Source of the DNA: Micavibrio sp. | GTDB taxonomy: Bacteria; Pseudomonadota; Alphaproteobacteria; Micavibrionales; Micavibrionaceae | Length of the DNA: 64,000 bases | NCBI GenBank assembly: GCA_027075555.1 | Contig: JALTAZ010000010.1 | Span: 2,496-66,495, forward strand | Reading direction: 5' to 3' | Part shown: positions 1 to 9,955 of the stretch, one piece after another | How the letters are laid out: every line of letters begins with the position of its first letter | Numbering within the stretch: the first letter of the stretch is position 1 | Position numbers and translations under genes: made by a program | Notes under the pieces: generated by a model | The model's database searches: none | What the model saw: only the letters and a program-made list of their open reading frames with translations | What the model was told of the DNA's origin: nothing

Positions 1-127
1 TAGCCATGCCATCATATTGACGTGAGGTTACGTTCGCTATTTCCACATAAGGGTGTGCGTTTAATATACGTAAAAGCTCTAGCCCTGTATATCCAGTTAT
101 GCCGATAATTGATATGCGTGTAGCCAT
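1..127 (-). CDS. argC: N-acetyl-gamma-glutamyl-phosphate reductase, N-terminal fragment (runs off window edge)
   Basis: Not in the ORF track. Manual translation from ATG at 127 gives [42 protein letters not shown], the ArgC/LysY Rossmann N-terminus (GxTGYTGxELxRxLxxHP...TSR). Overlaps the upstream ORF by 31 nt. Confidence 0.85.
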   Translation of the reverse strand, partial: MATRISIIGITGYTGLELLRILNAHPYVEIANVTSRQYDGMA

Positions 128-1164
128 CTTGAAATCACCAAATCTATCCATTCTGTGCTTGGGTTAAATGCGTTATATACAATAACGTCTAATTCATCTT
201 TAATAATTGCTTTTCCTACATCATTATCTGTGACAGGGCCACTTATTACATCAATAGGAATACCAATGTTTTTGCATCCCTCAGCAAGTCCAATTGCGCC
301 TATAGGATCACTGGCGCAGCCTATGTGAAGTCTTACATTTTTTTGAATTTCAGGCATTTGCAAAATGGCATTAACGCCGTATTTACCCATTAAGCCGTCA
401 CCAAATTCGATAATAATTGCATCAGGGTTATCATTGCTTAGATAATCAAGAGCTCCTCTAGTTACATCTGCCATGGTTTTATCATCAATATTGGCAGTAG
501 AGGTTATTCCAGCATCAACAAAAGATACCGCATTATAAACCCCGTAATCTTGCATTTTATAAATATCACGCAGTGCACCAACACCAGTTAGTTTTGTTCC
601 TGCAAGCTTCATTCCCATTCGTGTTAGGGTTTTGGTAATTTCAACAGCAACGGTTGTTTTGCCACTATCCATGCTTGTGCCTGTTACAATAATTAGTGGT
701 ACGTTGCTGCTCATATCTTTTTTTGGGGAATATATCGTGTTTTGATTTATATTTAGTGACCTTCCATCTTTATCAATTATTGCCCCAAGTACTCTTATGC
801 GAAGGGGGTTGCCAACTTCAGTAGTGTTGGCGCTTGTACATTCTCCTGCAACTCCGCCCATATTAAGAAGGTGGATAACATCATTAGGGTTTAGAGATTT
901 AGGCAAATCACCAACAAAACCTTTAAGGGCGCGCCTTTGCCCCAAGGCTACGGTGATTATATCACCTTTTTTAAGTTTGGAAAGTCGCCCTGAAGGTAAT
1001 TCAAGTTCATTATAAACGCGTTTGTCATCAAGAACTTTGGCAACCAGAACCGTTCCCATTTCACAAGGAAGTGCGGTATTAGGGTCGTTCATAATTATTT
1101 GTTGGTGTTTCAGTTTTAAATTTTTTGTAATGGCTGAAACTTTATCAATTAGAATAGGATTCAT
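97..1164 (-). CDS. DUF1611/DgcN-like P-loop protein (putative N-acetyltransferase)
   Basis: 355 aa. P-loop [20 protein letters not shown] and IIEFGDGL motifs typical of DUF1611 C-terminal domains. Confidence 0.7.
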   Translation of the reverse strand: MNPILIDKVSAITKNLKLKHQQIIMNDPNTALPCEMGTVLVAKVLDDKRVYNELELPSGRLSKLKKGDIITVALGQRRALKGFVGDLPKSLNPNDVIHLLNMGGVAGECTSANTTEVGNPLRIRVLGAIIDKDGRSLNINQNTIYSPKKDMSSNVPLIIVTGTSMDSGKTTVAVEITKTLTRMGMKLAGTKLTGVGALRDIYKMQDYGVYNAVSFVDAGITSTANIDDKTMADVTRGALDYLSNDNPDAIIIEFGDGLMGKYGVNAILQMPEIQKNVRLHIGCASDPIGAIGLAEGCKNIGIPIDVISGPVTDNDVGKAIIKDELDVIVYNAFNPSTEWIDLVISRWLHAYQLSA

Positions 1165-1325
1165 CTCATTTTTTTCATTAATCTTTACTATTTTAAAATG
1201 CCGTATACATGACGTTCAAGCAATTTGTTTTTAAGGGAATATAATCTATAAATATTAAAACAGTGATAACCTTTTTTAAGATTGATAACACAAAATATCT
1301 AGCTAAGAGGGGGCTAGCGGCTAAC

Positions 1326-1358
1326 TCATCGTCGATTTGGTGTTTTTCTGTAGTTCAT
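1326..1358 (-). CDS. candidate arginine-rich leader peptide MNYRKTPNRR
   Basis: ATG AAC TAC AGA AAA ACA CCA AAT CGA CGA TGA. Three Arg codons, with tandem CGA CGA just before the stop, upstream of an argC-containing operon. Confidence 0.45.
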   Translation of the reverse strand: MNYRKTPNRR

Positions 1359-1400
1359 GGGTAATCAGAAACATATAATGTGGTGCTATGTCAACATTTT

Positions 1401-2606
1401 TTAATCTTTTAAAGGTAGAAGATGTTCTACTAGTCTTGCCCAATATTCTATTGTTATTGGTAATAAATCATCATTAAAGTCATAGCCAGCATTATGTAGC
1501 CCCTTGCTGCATCTATGGTTAGGATCATCGTCAACGGCTTGTCCAATTTTAATATAAGCTCCGGGTATATGCTCTAAAAATACTCCAAAATCTTCACCTC
1601 CCATTGAAGGGGTGGGGTCTTTACTAACCATTGTATCGCCAACCATTTCTTTTGCAATATTTATGCAAATTTGCGCGTGCTCCTTATGATTTTTTGTTGG
1701 CTGTGTACGTGTTTCATAGGTGCAAGTTGCTATTGCTTTGTGTGCGTTTGCAATTTCATATGATATCTCTCTTATTCGCTTTTCAATATGCCTTTTTAGA
1801 TTTTTATCATAGCTACGCACTGTACCGCTAAAGCTAGTTTGGGAAGGGATAACATTAAATGCGCCTGTACCACCATTTATATTCGTAACACTAAGAACAG
1901 CAGGGGTGAAAGGATCAGTTTCGCGGCTGATAATGGTTTGCAATGAATTGATAATTTGTGAAGATATTATAATGGGGTCAATAGTTGTATGTGGTTTTGA
2001 TGCATGTCCACCTTTACCATCAATAATAACTTTAAAATGGTCAACGGCGGCCATACTCTCTTTTTCATTTATCTCAAAATAGCCAAGTGGGCAATATGGC
2101 CAATTATGCATTGCATAAATAAAATCGCATGGAAAACGCTTTAATATGCCATCATCAATCATGGCTTTTGCGCCTTGTCCATTTTCCTCAGCCGGCTGAA
2201 ATATAAGATTAACTGTGCCGTTAAAGTTATTGTTTTCTTTTAAGTATTTAGCAGCCCCAAGTAGTGCTGCACTATGTCCATCATGACCACAGCCATGCAT
2301 CTTACCCTTAATATTTGATACCCATTTTTTGTTATCTTCTTCTAATATATCAAGAGCATCAATATCAGCACGAATCCCGATCGATTTGTTACTATCTGAT
2401 TTTTTACCTTTTATAGTTGCGACAATGCCTGTTTTTCCGATATTACGCTCAAAAGCGATTCCCCATTTTCTAAGTTTATCAGCAATAAAATCGCTAGCGA
2501 AGCTTTCCTTAAATGCTGTTTGTGGGTTTTGATGCAAAATACGGCGGTATTTTGTAATTTCGTATTTAATATCAATAATATATGGTCTTATTTTCATAGC
2601 TAGCAA
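1401..2606 (-). CDS. M20D family amidohydrolase (hippurate hydrolase-like)
   Basis: RADIDAL, MHGCGHDGH, FQPAEE, GGHA, MGGEDF and LHN motifs. Start is more likely the ATG of MKIRPY. Confidence 0.9.
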   Translation of the reverse strand: MLAMKIRPYIIDIKYEITKYRRILHQNPQTAFKESFASDFIADKLRKWGIAFERNIGKTGIVATIKGKKSDSNKSIGIRADIDALDILEEDNKKWVSNIKGKMHGCGHDGHSAALLGAAKYLKENNNFNGTVNLIFQPAEENGQGAKAMIDDGILKRFPCDFIYAMHNWPYCPLGYFEINEKESMAAVDHFKVIIDGKGGHASKPHTTIDPIIISSQIINSLQTIISRETDPFTPAVLSVTNINGGTGAFNVIPSQTSFSGTVRSYDKNLKRHIEKRIREISYEIANAHKAIATCTYETRTQPTKNHKEHAQICINIAKEMVGDTMVSKDPTPSMGGEDFGVFLEHIPGAYIKIGQAVDDDPNHRCSKGLHNAGYDFNDDLLPITIEYWARLVEHLLPLKD

Positions 2607-2647
2607 ATACCTTATTTAAGTGAAGATATATACTACTATAGTTTTTA

Positions 2648-3814
2648 TTATATGCCGAGAACATCATCATAATAGGCGGCTTCTTCTTCACCCTTAGAGC
2701 CTTCATCATTATCTCGGTCATATTTGTCATAAATATATATGTTTGATGATGAAATAGAAACAGTATTACCTCGGTCATTATGTAGTGTGGCGTCGATTCC
2801 TTCTTCTTTGTAAGCAATGTCGATATTATCAAATTCTATAATATCATGATAATCGGTAAGTAAATCCTCATCTAACACATCAATATCGTTTAAATATTCA
2901 GGATCATCAGGATTAATATTTAGGTGTTGGTCTAGCTCATCAGGCTCTATTTCTGTTAGAGCAATATCCTCTATTATACTATCTAATGATTTAGTAAAGT
3001 TAAAATCACCCTCATCAAAATAAAATGGAATGTCCTTACCTTTTTTAGGGCAAAGAACTTCATATTGTCTTAATGTGTTAATAAGCTCTGCGGCCTTTTC
3101 CTGTGCTTCTTTTCCAAAAATATACCAATTACGTGATTTGCTGGCGATATAATCACTTTCACATTCACTTTCAGAGCGTATAGTATCTCCTGCAGAAGAG
3201 TTAAAAAGTGGTTTTATTGTGGAATAATAGCTATCAACAATATTCCAAGACATGGCAGTGCCAAAAAGATTATTTGCGGCTTTGTTTTTTTTTGATACTT
3301 TGGCGATAATAGGGTGGTCTATTCCTTTTTGTTCTTTTAGAACCAGGGATAGTGCGGAAATAGCGATATTAGTAAGCCCTAACCCTTTAGCGCATGATAT
3401 AACAGTTCCAATTTCAGTTACTGTTTGCGGAGTATCCTGTCCAAATAAGTTTTCAACTTTATGCGTAAATGCAAAGCAAATAGCCGTTATACCTTCATCA
3501 TCTTCTATTAGCGCAATGCGCCCGCTTTTGGCCAAGTCTTCTACAGGGTCGTCCGGGCGGGGCTTTACAAAGTTTTTTGGATCTGCTTCTTGTTTCCTTC
3601 TAGATTTGAAAAACTCTTCTATAGCATTGATATCTTCTTTATCTGCAATTCTCAAGGTAAGGCGTTTAGGTCGATCATCTTCACTTGTTTCGGGGCTGCC
3701 CCATTCGCTATAAAGCCATTTAGGGTCAACTACCTGAAATATATTACTAAACCTATCGGCGTTTACATAGGAGTCATTATTTTTTAACCCTATCTTGTAA
3801 TTATAACCAGACAT
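2648..3814 (-). CDS. hypothetical protein with GNAT-like N-terminal domain and very acidic C-terminal tail
   Basis: LRIADKEDINAI, EIGTVIS..KGLGL and AKVSKKNKAANNLF resemble GNAT motifs. The last ~120 aa are D/E-rich. Confidence 0.55.
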   Translation of the reverse strand: MSGYNYKIGLKNNDSYVNADRFSNIFQVVDPKWLYSEWGSPETSEDDRPKRLTLRIADKEDINAIEEFFKSRRKQEADPKNFVKPRPDDPVEDLAKSGRIALIEDDEGITAICFAFTHKVENLFGQDTPQTVTEIGTVISCAKGLGLTNIAISALSLVLKEQKGIDHPIIAKVSKKNKAANNLFGTAMSWNIVDSYYSTIKPLFNSSAGDTIRSESECESDYIASKSRNWYIFGKEAQEKAAELINTLRQYEVLCPKKGKDIPFYFDEGDFNFTKSLDSIIEDIALTEIEPDELDQHLNINPDDPEYLNDIDVLDEDLLTDYHDIIEFDNIDIAYKEEGIDATLHNDRGNTVSISSSNIYIYDKYDRDNDEGSKGEEEAAYYDDVLGI

Positions 3815-3932
3815 GTCTCTATTCCAATGTTCTACCTTGCATATTGTAACATATATTTATTTTGCGCGCACGTAATACACCTAATAGTATGTGTTTGCAA
3901 GAAAAATAGCATTTAATATATTAAATTATTAT

Positions 3933-4988
3933 TTACATAGTGGTTTTTCGTGGATCAAATGCGTCACGCACTGCTTCACCTATAAAAGTAAGCAGGGTAA
4001 GCATAGTAGCTAGTGATAAAAATGCAGCAATCCCAAGCCATGGAGCTTGTAGGTTATTTTTTCCTTGTGCCAATAGCTCACCTAAAGAGGGGCTACCTGG
4101 GGGCATACCAAGACCAAGAAAATCAAGCGCAGTTAGCGATGTAATAGAGGCAGTTAGAATAAAGGGCATGAATGTGATTGTTGCAACCATGGCATTTGGC
4201 AAAACATGTCGCCACATAATTATTGGATTTGATATTCCAAGAGCGGCTGCTGCTCTCACATAATCAAAGTTACGTGCTCGTAGGAATTCTGCTCTTACAA
4301 CATCGACTAATTTCATCCACGAAAAAAGTAATAGGATTAAAAGCAAGCTCCAAAATCCAGGTGTGAACATAGATGAAAATATTATCAATATATAAAGGCT
4401 AGGAAGGCTTGACCATATTTCAATAGTGCGCTGCATGAGTAGATCAAGCCTACCACCGTAATATCCTTGCACCGCACCCGCAGCAACACCAATGGCAGAG
4501 CTTACCAATGTAAGTATTAAGCCAAAGAGCACAGATATACGAAATCCATATATTACGCGCGCTGCAACATCACGACCCTGATCATCAGTGCCGATCCAAT
4601 TAACGCTATCAGGCGGAGTGGGGGCAGGGCTGGTAAGGTCGTAATTGATAGTATCATAATAAAAAGGTATGGGTGGCCATAATATCCACCCCTTTGTTCC
4701 ATCTTCTCCTACTATAAGTTCTTGAACGAATTTATCGCGATATTCGGCTTCGGTTTCGAAGTCACCACCAAAGGTGGTTTCGGGATAGCTCACTAATACG
4801 GGGAAATATAATTTTCCCTTATAGTTCAACATTATAGGCTTGTCATTTGCGATAATTGGGGCGGCAAGTGATATTAAAAGTAAGGATACAAAAATCCAAA
4901 AGCTCCAATAGCCACGCTTATTGGCTCGGAATTGTAAAAGTCGTCTTTTTGTAATTGGCGATAGCTCCATGACATTAACTATATGCAA
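3933..4988 (-). CDS. yejE: peptide (microcin C-type) ABC transporter permease YejE
   Basis: GTDDQGRDVAARVIYGFRIS, RAEFLRARNFDYVRAA and AVRDAFDPR. Confidence 0.92.
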   Translation of the reverse strand: MHIVNVMELSPITKRRLLQFRANKRGYWSFWIFVSLLLISLAAPIIANDKPIMLNYKGKLYFPVLVSYPETTFGGDFETEAEYRDKFVQELIVGEDGTKGWILWPPIPFYYDTINYDLTSPAPTPPDSVNWIGTDDQGRDVAARVIYGFRISVLFGLILTLVSSAIGVAAGAVQGYYGGRLDLLMQRTIEIWSSLPSLYILIIFSSMFTPGFWSLLLILLLFSWMKLVDVVRAEFLRARNFDYVRAAAALGISNPIIMWRHVLPNAMVATITFMPFILTASITSLTALDFLGLGMPPGSPSLGELLAQGKNNLQAPWLGIAAFLSLATMLTLLTFIGEAVRDAFDPRKTTM

Positions 4989-5013
4989 GTTTTTATGGCT
5001 ATAAAAGGGGGTG

Positions 5014-6264
5014 TTATTGCTTTTTATTACTCTTATGCGATTTTTGTATGTTTTTTGTTTTTAGCTTCATAATTGAGGGCGCAGATAAAGTTGGTATATG
5101 GACGAAGCTCCGTTTATGTTCGATTTTTTCTCCTACAATTGTTCTATAAAATGCTACTATTAGGAGTAGCCCAAGGTACAATGAAATCATGGTAAAAAAG
5201 CTTTGTGATCCAAGGTAAGATAGAAGAAAACCTGCTATGACAGGACCACTCATAGAACCTAAAGAATTGAATAATATCAAGGATCTACTGGCGGATACTA
5301 TTTGCTCTTTTTTAATTTGGTCATTCATATGGGTTATTGAAACGCTGTAAATTGATGTAATCATTCCGCCAAGTATAAAGATTAAAGGGTAGTGGTAGCT
5401 GTCTGCCACAGTCATAAGCGAACAGATAATACCAATAATAGCTGTAAGTTTTATAATCATGCGACGATCTATTCTGTCTGATAGAGGGCCTAAAACCGCA
5501 GGAAATACAGTGTTACCAAGAATATAAATACCCATGAATATGGTTATTTCAGAAGTAGGCATTTCTATATTTTTTGCATAAATAGGTCCTAAGGTAAGCA
5601 TGGTTGCATTGCATATCCCTGCGATAAACACACCTGTCATGGCTAGGGGGGAAATATTTATCATTTCTTTAAAGGCTATTGATTGTGGTTTGGCATAACC
5701 TGGAGTTTTTTTATTTGTAAGAGTTATTGGCGCAATAGCAAATGAAATCATAATTGATACAAGTATAAACAAATTTATACTGTTTAGTGGTGCTAAATTT
5801 ATCAAGAATTGCCCTGTAAATAGCCCTCCATATACTATGGAAACATAGGCGCTAAATATTGCTCCTCTTTGAGATTTATTGGCAATTTTATTAAGCCAGC
5901 TCTCTGCAATTATAAATAGACCTGAAAAACAAAATCCAGTTAACATGCGTGTAGGAATCCAAAGCCAGGGATTAACAAACAGCCCATGAATCAAAACAGT
6001 TGTAGATGCTATTGAGGCAAGGGCAGCAAACACACGAATATGACCAACTGAGGCAATCATATCAGGGATATAGCGGCAGCCAATTAAAAATCCAGCATAA
6101 TACATTGCCATTATAATACCGGTTATTTCTATTGGAAAATCTTCAGACTGTGCGCGTAAAGAAAGCAGCGTACCTTGAAGACCATTGCTAGTCGTTAGTA
6201 TCCCAATGCCAAGTAATAATGGCCAGACAATGATAAGACGCTTAAATGCAGATGATGAAGGCAT
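5014..6264 (-). CDS. MFS transporter (YcaD-like)
   Basis: About 12 hydrophobic segments. GHIRVFAALAS, ESWLN and SDRIDRR motifs. Confidence 0.85.
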   Translation of the reverse strand: MPSSSAFKRLIIVWPLLLGIGILTTSNGLQGTLLSLRAQSEDFPIEITGIIMAMYYAGFLIGCRYIPDMIASVGHIRVFAALASIASTTVLIHGLFVNPWLWIPTRMLTGFCFSGLFIIAESWLNKIANKSQRGAIFSAYVSIVYGGLFTGQFLINLAPLNSINLFILVSIMISFAIAPITLTNKKTPGYAKPQSIAFKEMINISPLAMTGVFIAGICNATMLTLGPIYAKNIEMPTSEITIFMGIYILGNTVFPAVLGPLSDRIDRRMIIKLTAIIGIICSLMTVADSYHYPLIFILGGMITSIYSVSITHMNDQIKKEQIVSASRSLILFNSLGSMSGPVIAGFLLSYLGSQSFFTMISLYLGLLLIVAFYRTIVGEKIEHKRSFVHIPTLSAPSIMKLKTKNIQKSHKSNKKQ

Positions 6265-6398
6265 TTTTTATAACTTTTTGTGCTATATCTATGCGTCAGC
6301 GTATATTCCTTTATTAGAATAACGTCAAGAATATTATTACTAAGATTTATGATAATTTCTTTGAGATATATATTATATATTACCTGCTCTTTGGTTCA

Positions 6399-7517
6399 TT
6401 AGACCTCACGTCTTTCAAAGTCGATGCGCGGATCTACCCACACATATACCAAATCACGCAGCAGATGCATGACAACACTCATCAAGGCATATATATAAAG
6501 CGTGCCAAGTACAACAGGATAATCGCGATTTATTATGCTCTCATAACTTAGAAGGCCTAAGCCATCGAGTGAGAATATAACCTCAATCAACAATGCGCCA
6601 GTAAAAAATATTGATACAAAAAGAGCAGGGAAACCAGCAATAACAATAATCATGGCATTGCGAAATATATGACCATAAAGAACTTGGTTTTCTTTCAGGC
6701 CTTTTGCTTTGGCTGTAATAACATAATGTTTGCCAATTTCATCAAGGAATGAGTTTTTGGTTAGCATTGTAAGTGATGCAAACCCACTTATTACCATCGC
6801 CGCAGTAGGTAAAACCATGTGCCAAGCATAATCGGCTATTTGTTGGAGCAAGCTCATATCTTCCCACCCGTCAGAAGTCAGCCCGCGCAAGGGGAAGAAA
6901 TCCCAATAACGCCCGCCAGCAAATAATACGATCAATAATATAGCAAACATAAAAGAAGGGATAGCATAGCCAATAAATACCGCCGCACTTGTCCATATAT
7001 CAAAGGCAGAGCCGTCTCTAACGGCTTTTCTAATGCCAAGTGGTATAGATATAAGATATATTATAAGCGTTGACCAAAGCCCAAGAGAGATGGAAACAGG
7101 CATTTTTTCAACAATCAATTCCCATACACCGATATCGCGGTAATAGCTCTCTCCTAAGTCAAAAGTCATATAGTTTTTAATCATATTTATAAAGCGTATA
7201 TGAGCAGGCTTGTCAAAGCCATACATCGCTTCAAGCTCTTTTATAAATTCAGGGTCAAGCCCTTGGGCGCCCTTATAACTTGAGTTTGAGCCTGTTGAAC
7301 TTTGAGAAGATATTGAGCTTGAGCTATTATTTGCGCCCATATCACCGCCAGCGCCACTAAAACGAGATGTAGCAGAAGTTCCATGACCTTGCAGTTCAGC
7401 GATCATTTTTTCAACAGGCCCTCCTGGGACAAATTGAATAATTATAAAGCTAAGCAGCATAATTCCAAGCAATGTTGGAATCATCAAAAGCAAGCGTTTT
7501 AGGATATAAGAAATCAT
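6399..7517 (-). CDS. yejB: peptide ABC transporter permease YejB
   Basis: YILKRLLLMIPTL, PGGPVE, KNSFLDEI, TAKAKGL and DPRIDF. Confidence 0.93.
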   Translation of the reverse strand: MISYILKRLLLMIPTLLGIMLLSFIIIQFVPGGPVEKMIAELQGHGTSATSRFSGAGGDMGANNSSSSISSQSSTGSNSSYKGAQGLDPEFIKELEAMYGFDKPAHIRFINMIKNYMTFDLGESYYRDIGVWELIVEKMPVSISLGLWSTLIIYLISIPLGIRKAVRDGSAFDIWTSAAVFIGYAIPSFMFAILLIVLFAGGRYWDFFPLRGLTSDGWEDMSLLQQIADYAWHMVLPTAAMVISGFASLTMLTKNSFLDEIGKHYVITAKAKGLKENQVLYGHIFRNAMIIVIAGFPALFVSIFFTGALLIEVIFSLDGLGLLSYESIINRDYPVVLGTLYIYALMSVVMHLLRDLVYVWVDPRIDFERREV

Positions 7518-7554
7518 ATGATATATAATAGCTGCGCTATTACAATAAGTCTAT

Positions 7555-7584
7555 GCACAAAAATAGTAAGCACAAAAATAGCAA
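7555..7584. repeat. 15-bp tandem duplication GCACAAAAATAG(T/C)AA x2
   Basis: Read directly in the intergenic region upstream of yejB. Confidence 0.8.
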
Positions 7585-7608
7585 GGGCAAGCATAAAATA
7601 TTACAAGT

Positions 7609-8346
7609 CTAATGTATGGATTTTGATTTTGTATAACCGCTGCGTAAATTAAATTCATCAAATGCTGAAGGTGTTTCTGACATGATAAAAGCAGCCTCAA
7701 AATCGCGTAATAAACGTGATTCTTGTTCCTCTAGTTTCTTTATACGAAGTTTTGCAGAAACATTATATGCCTTAGCCAATGTGCTTTGGCGCACTTCATC
7801 GCGCCCTAACAGCTTGGCTACATAGGCTTTATTACCTAAAACAGTCAGGTTGTCAGGATCAATTTTAAGCGCTTTATCAGCAACTTGCAGCGCTTCTTCC
7901 TCACGATTAAGATTGGCAAGGGCAAAACCTTTATTAATAAGGGCGTTTACATTATTTGGATCTTGAGAAAGGATTTTATCTTCCCGTGCTAATAGCTTTT
8001 CATACTCATCTTTTAGATGCTTGATAAATGCCTTTTGGAATATTGATTTTTCATCATCTGGATTTTTTGCAAGGCGTTGATCTATAAGCATTTCGGCCTC
8101 TTTATAAAAGCCATCAACAATCATAATATCAACTTCATCATCACTGCTTTGAAGGTCATAATTAGATAAGCTTTCCGGAGTTAAAAAATAGTGGCAATCG
8201 CTGCGTTGCATAAAAGTCATTAAGTCATAGGCAAGGCGTGCGCGCAGCGCCCCATCATCAATGGGAGCATGATTAAGTGGGTGTGCATATTTAAAATTTT
8301 TAGATGAAGATGACCCACCACTAGCGTAAATTTCCTCTGGCAACAT
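7609..8346 (-). CDS. tetratricopeptide repeat protein
   Basis: TPR-like repeats, e.g. ALINKGFALANLNREEEALQVADKALKIDPDN. Confidence 0.8.
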   Translation of the reverse strand: MLPEEIYASGGSSSSKNFKYAHPLNHAPIDDGALRARLAYDLMTFMQRSDCHYFLTPESLSNYDLQSSDDEVDIMIVDGFYKEAEMLIDQRLAKNPDDEKSIFQKAFIKHLKDEYEKLLAREDKILSQDPNNVNALINKGFALANLNREEEALQVADKALKIDPDNLTVLGNKAYVAKLLGRDEVRQSTLAKAYNVSAKLRIKKLEEQESRLLRDFEAAFIMSETPSAFDEFNLRSGYTKSKSIH

Positions 8347-8480
8347 AATTATTCAAACCCCAATTTTTATAATTATAGTTATTTTTATATTATTTTGATA
8401 TTTAATACCATCTAGATAGTACCGCTTTTGGTTTGATAAATGCAAGCATTTTTAATGATTTAGTTATATATAATCGGATA

Positions 8481-9134
8481 TTAGTCCAAAATCGGAACTA
8501 TATTCCAGTCTACAACCCGCCATTTACCTTGCGAAAACGCTAATATTCCAAGAGAGCCAGTTCTTAATTTTATTTTATATTGTTTAGCAAATGAATCAAA
8601 ATCTTCAGTAATATAAGGCGCGAATCTTGCTATACCATTTGAGGTAACTACTAAGGCTGTTTCGTCTATATTCATTACCCTATTGGTAACTATGTCATGA
8701 GTTTTGGTTAATTGGTAAGCAAAGTTTTGCCAGTTTTCTATTATCTCGTTTGGATTGACTTTCCAACCATTAGGCACTATTGCGTTATTATCCCATTGTT
8801 CGATGGCATTTTTGCCAATGCGGGAAATTACGTCTTTTTCTGTTTTATTTTCATCTTCCCCGTAATCAATTTCATTGAATATATCCAGTTCATATACAGG
8901 AAGTGATATTCCAGCTTCTTTTAAAGCCAATATAGCAGTTTCTCTGGTACGTTTAAGGGTAGAGCTATAAGCTATATCAGGCAAAAGGTCATTGTCCTTT
9001 AAGTAACGTCCGATGGCCTTTGCCTGCTCTTGACCTTTTTCAACCAAGGGAATATCAGTTCTTGCGCCTACGCGCGTTGGAATGTCACCAGAATTAAATG
9101 TATTGCCATGGCGCGCAATAATCAGCTTAGTCAT
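8481..9134 (-). CDS. histidine phosphatase (phosphoglycerate mutase-like) family protein
   Basis: RHG catalytic motif, SSTLKRTRETA and NEIDYG. Start overlaps the kdsB stop (TAATG). Confidence 0.88.
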   Translation of the reverse strand: MTKLIIARHGNTFNSGDIPTRVGARTDIPLVEKGQEQAKAIGRYLKDNDLLPDIAYSSTLKRTRETAILALKEAGISLPVYELDIFNEIDYGEDENKTEKDVISRIGKNAIEQWDNNAIVPNGWKVNPNEIIENWQNFAYQLTKTHDIVTNRVMNIDETALVVTSNGIARFAPYITEDFDSFAKQYKIKLRTGSLGILAFSQGKWRVVDWNIVPILD

Positions 9135-9943
9135 TATATCGGCTCGCCATGATCTAATATATATTTTTCAGCCCTTGCCAAATCTTCAGGACTATCTATG
9201 CCTGATTGTATGGTTCCTTGTTCAATATCAATATCTATGCTTTGTATATTTATGTTATTTTCAATCATGCGCAATTGCTCTAAACCTTCTAATTGTTCGT
9301 AAACCCCTTGATTTAACTTGCAAAACTTTTCAAGTATATCACTGCGAAATCCATATAAACCAATATGCTGATATATTGGTGATAAGGGGCTTTGCTTACG
9401 TAAAGTTTCTTCATTACGAATTGCAGGAATTATATTTTTTGAAAACCATAAGGCTTTTCCATTTTCATTTATAATTGCAGTTGTCCCGCTAAAGGGAGTT
9501 TTTTTCTTTATTTTTCTTAAGCGTTCAAGGTCAAGCCAGCTAAGGCGGTGAACAGGTGTTATTACTTCAAGGTACGGGTTTTCAACATATGCATCTATCA
9601 TTTTTTTTATAACTGAAGGTGGTGTAAAGGGGGCGTCTCCTTGTAAATTTATTACAAAATCTGGCCAATCATCTAATTGTCTTATTGCGGATAAAATGCG
9701 GTCTGATCCAGTGGCACATCTTGCAGAAGTGCTTATACAAGGTGTGCCAAGTTTTGCTGCGTGATCGGCAATGCGCTTATCTTCGGTTGTTACAAATATG
9801 AATATATTTTTATACGATGATGCAGCCTTATTGGCTATATCTAAAACTCTGGATAACATGCTCTTGCCTGCAATAATTGCCAGTGGTTTTCCCGGAAAAC
9901 GAGAAGATCCATAGCGCGCGGGGATTGCTATAGCCAGTTTCAT
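9134..9943 (-). CDS. kdsB: 3-deoxy-manno-octulosonate cytidylyltransferase
   Basis: IPARYGSSRFPGKPL, TGSDR, INLQGD, HIGLYGF, LEGLEQLR and IDSPED. Confidence 0.93.
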   Translation of the reverse strand: MKLAIAIPARYGSSRFPGKPLAIIAGKSMLSRVLDIANKAASSYKNIFIFVTTEDKRIADHAAKLGTPCISTSARCATGSDRILSAIRQLDDWPDFVINLQGDAPFTPPSVIKKMIDAYVENPYLEVITPVHRLSWLDLERLRKIKKKTPFSGTTAIINENGKALWFSKNIIPAIRNEETLRKQSPLSPIYQHIGLYGFRSDILEKFCKLNQGVYEQLEGLEQLRMIENNINIQSIDIDIEQGTIQSGIDSPEDLARAEKYILDHGEPI

Positions 9944-9955
9944 AATATTTTTTTC

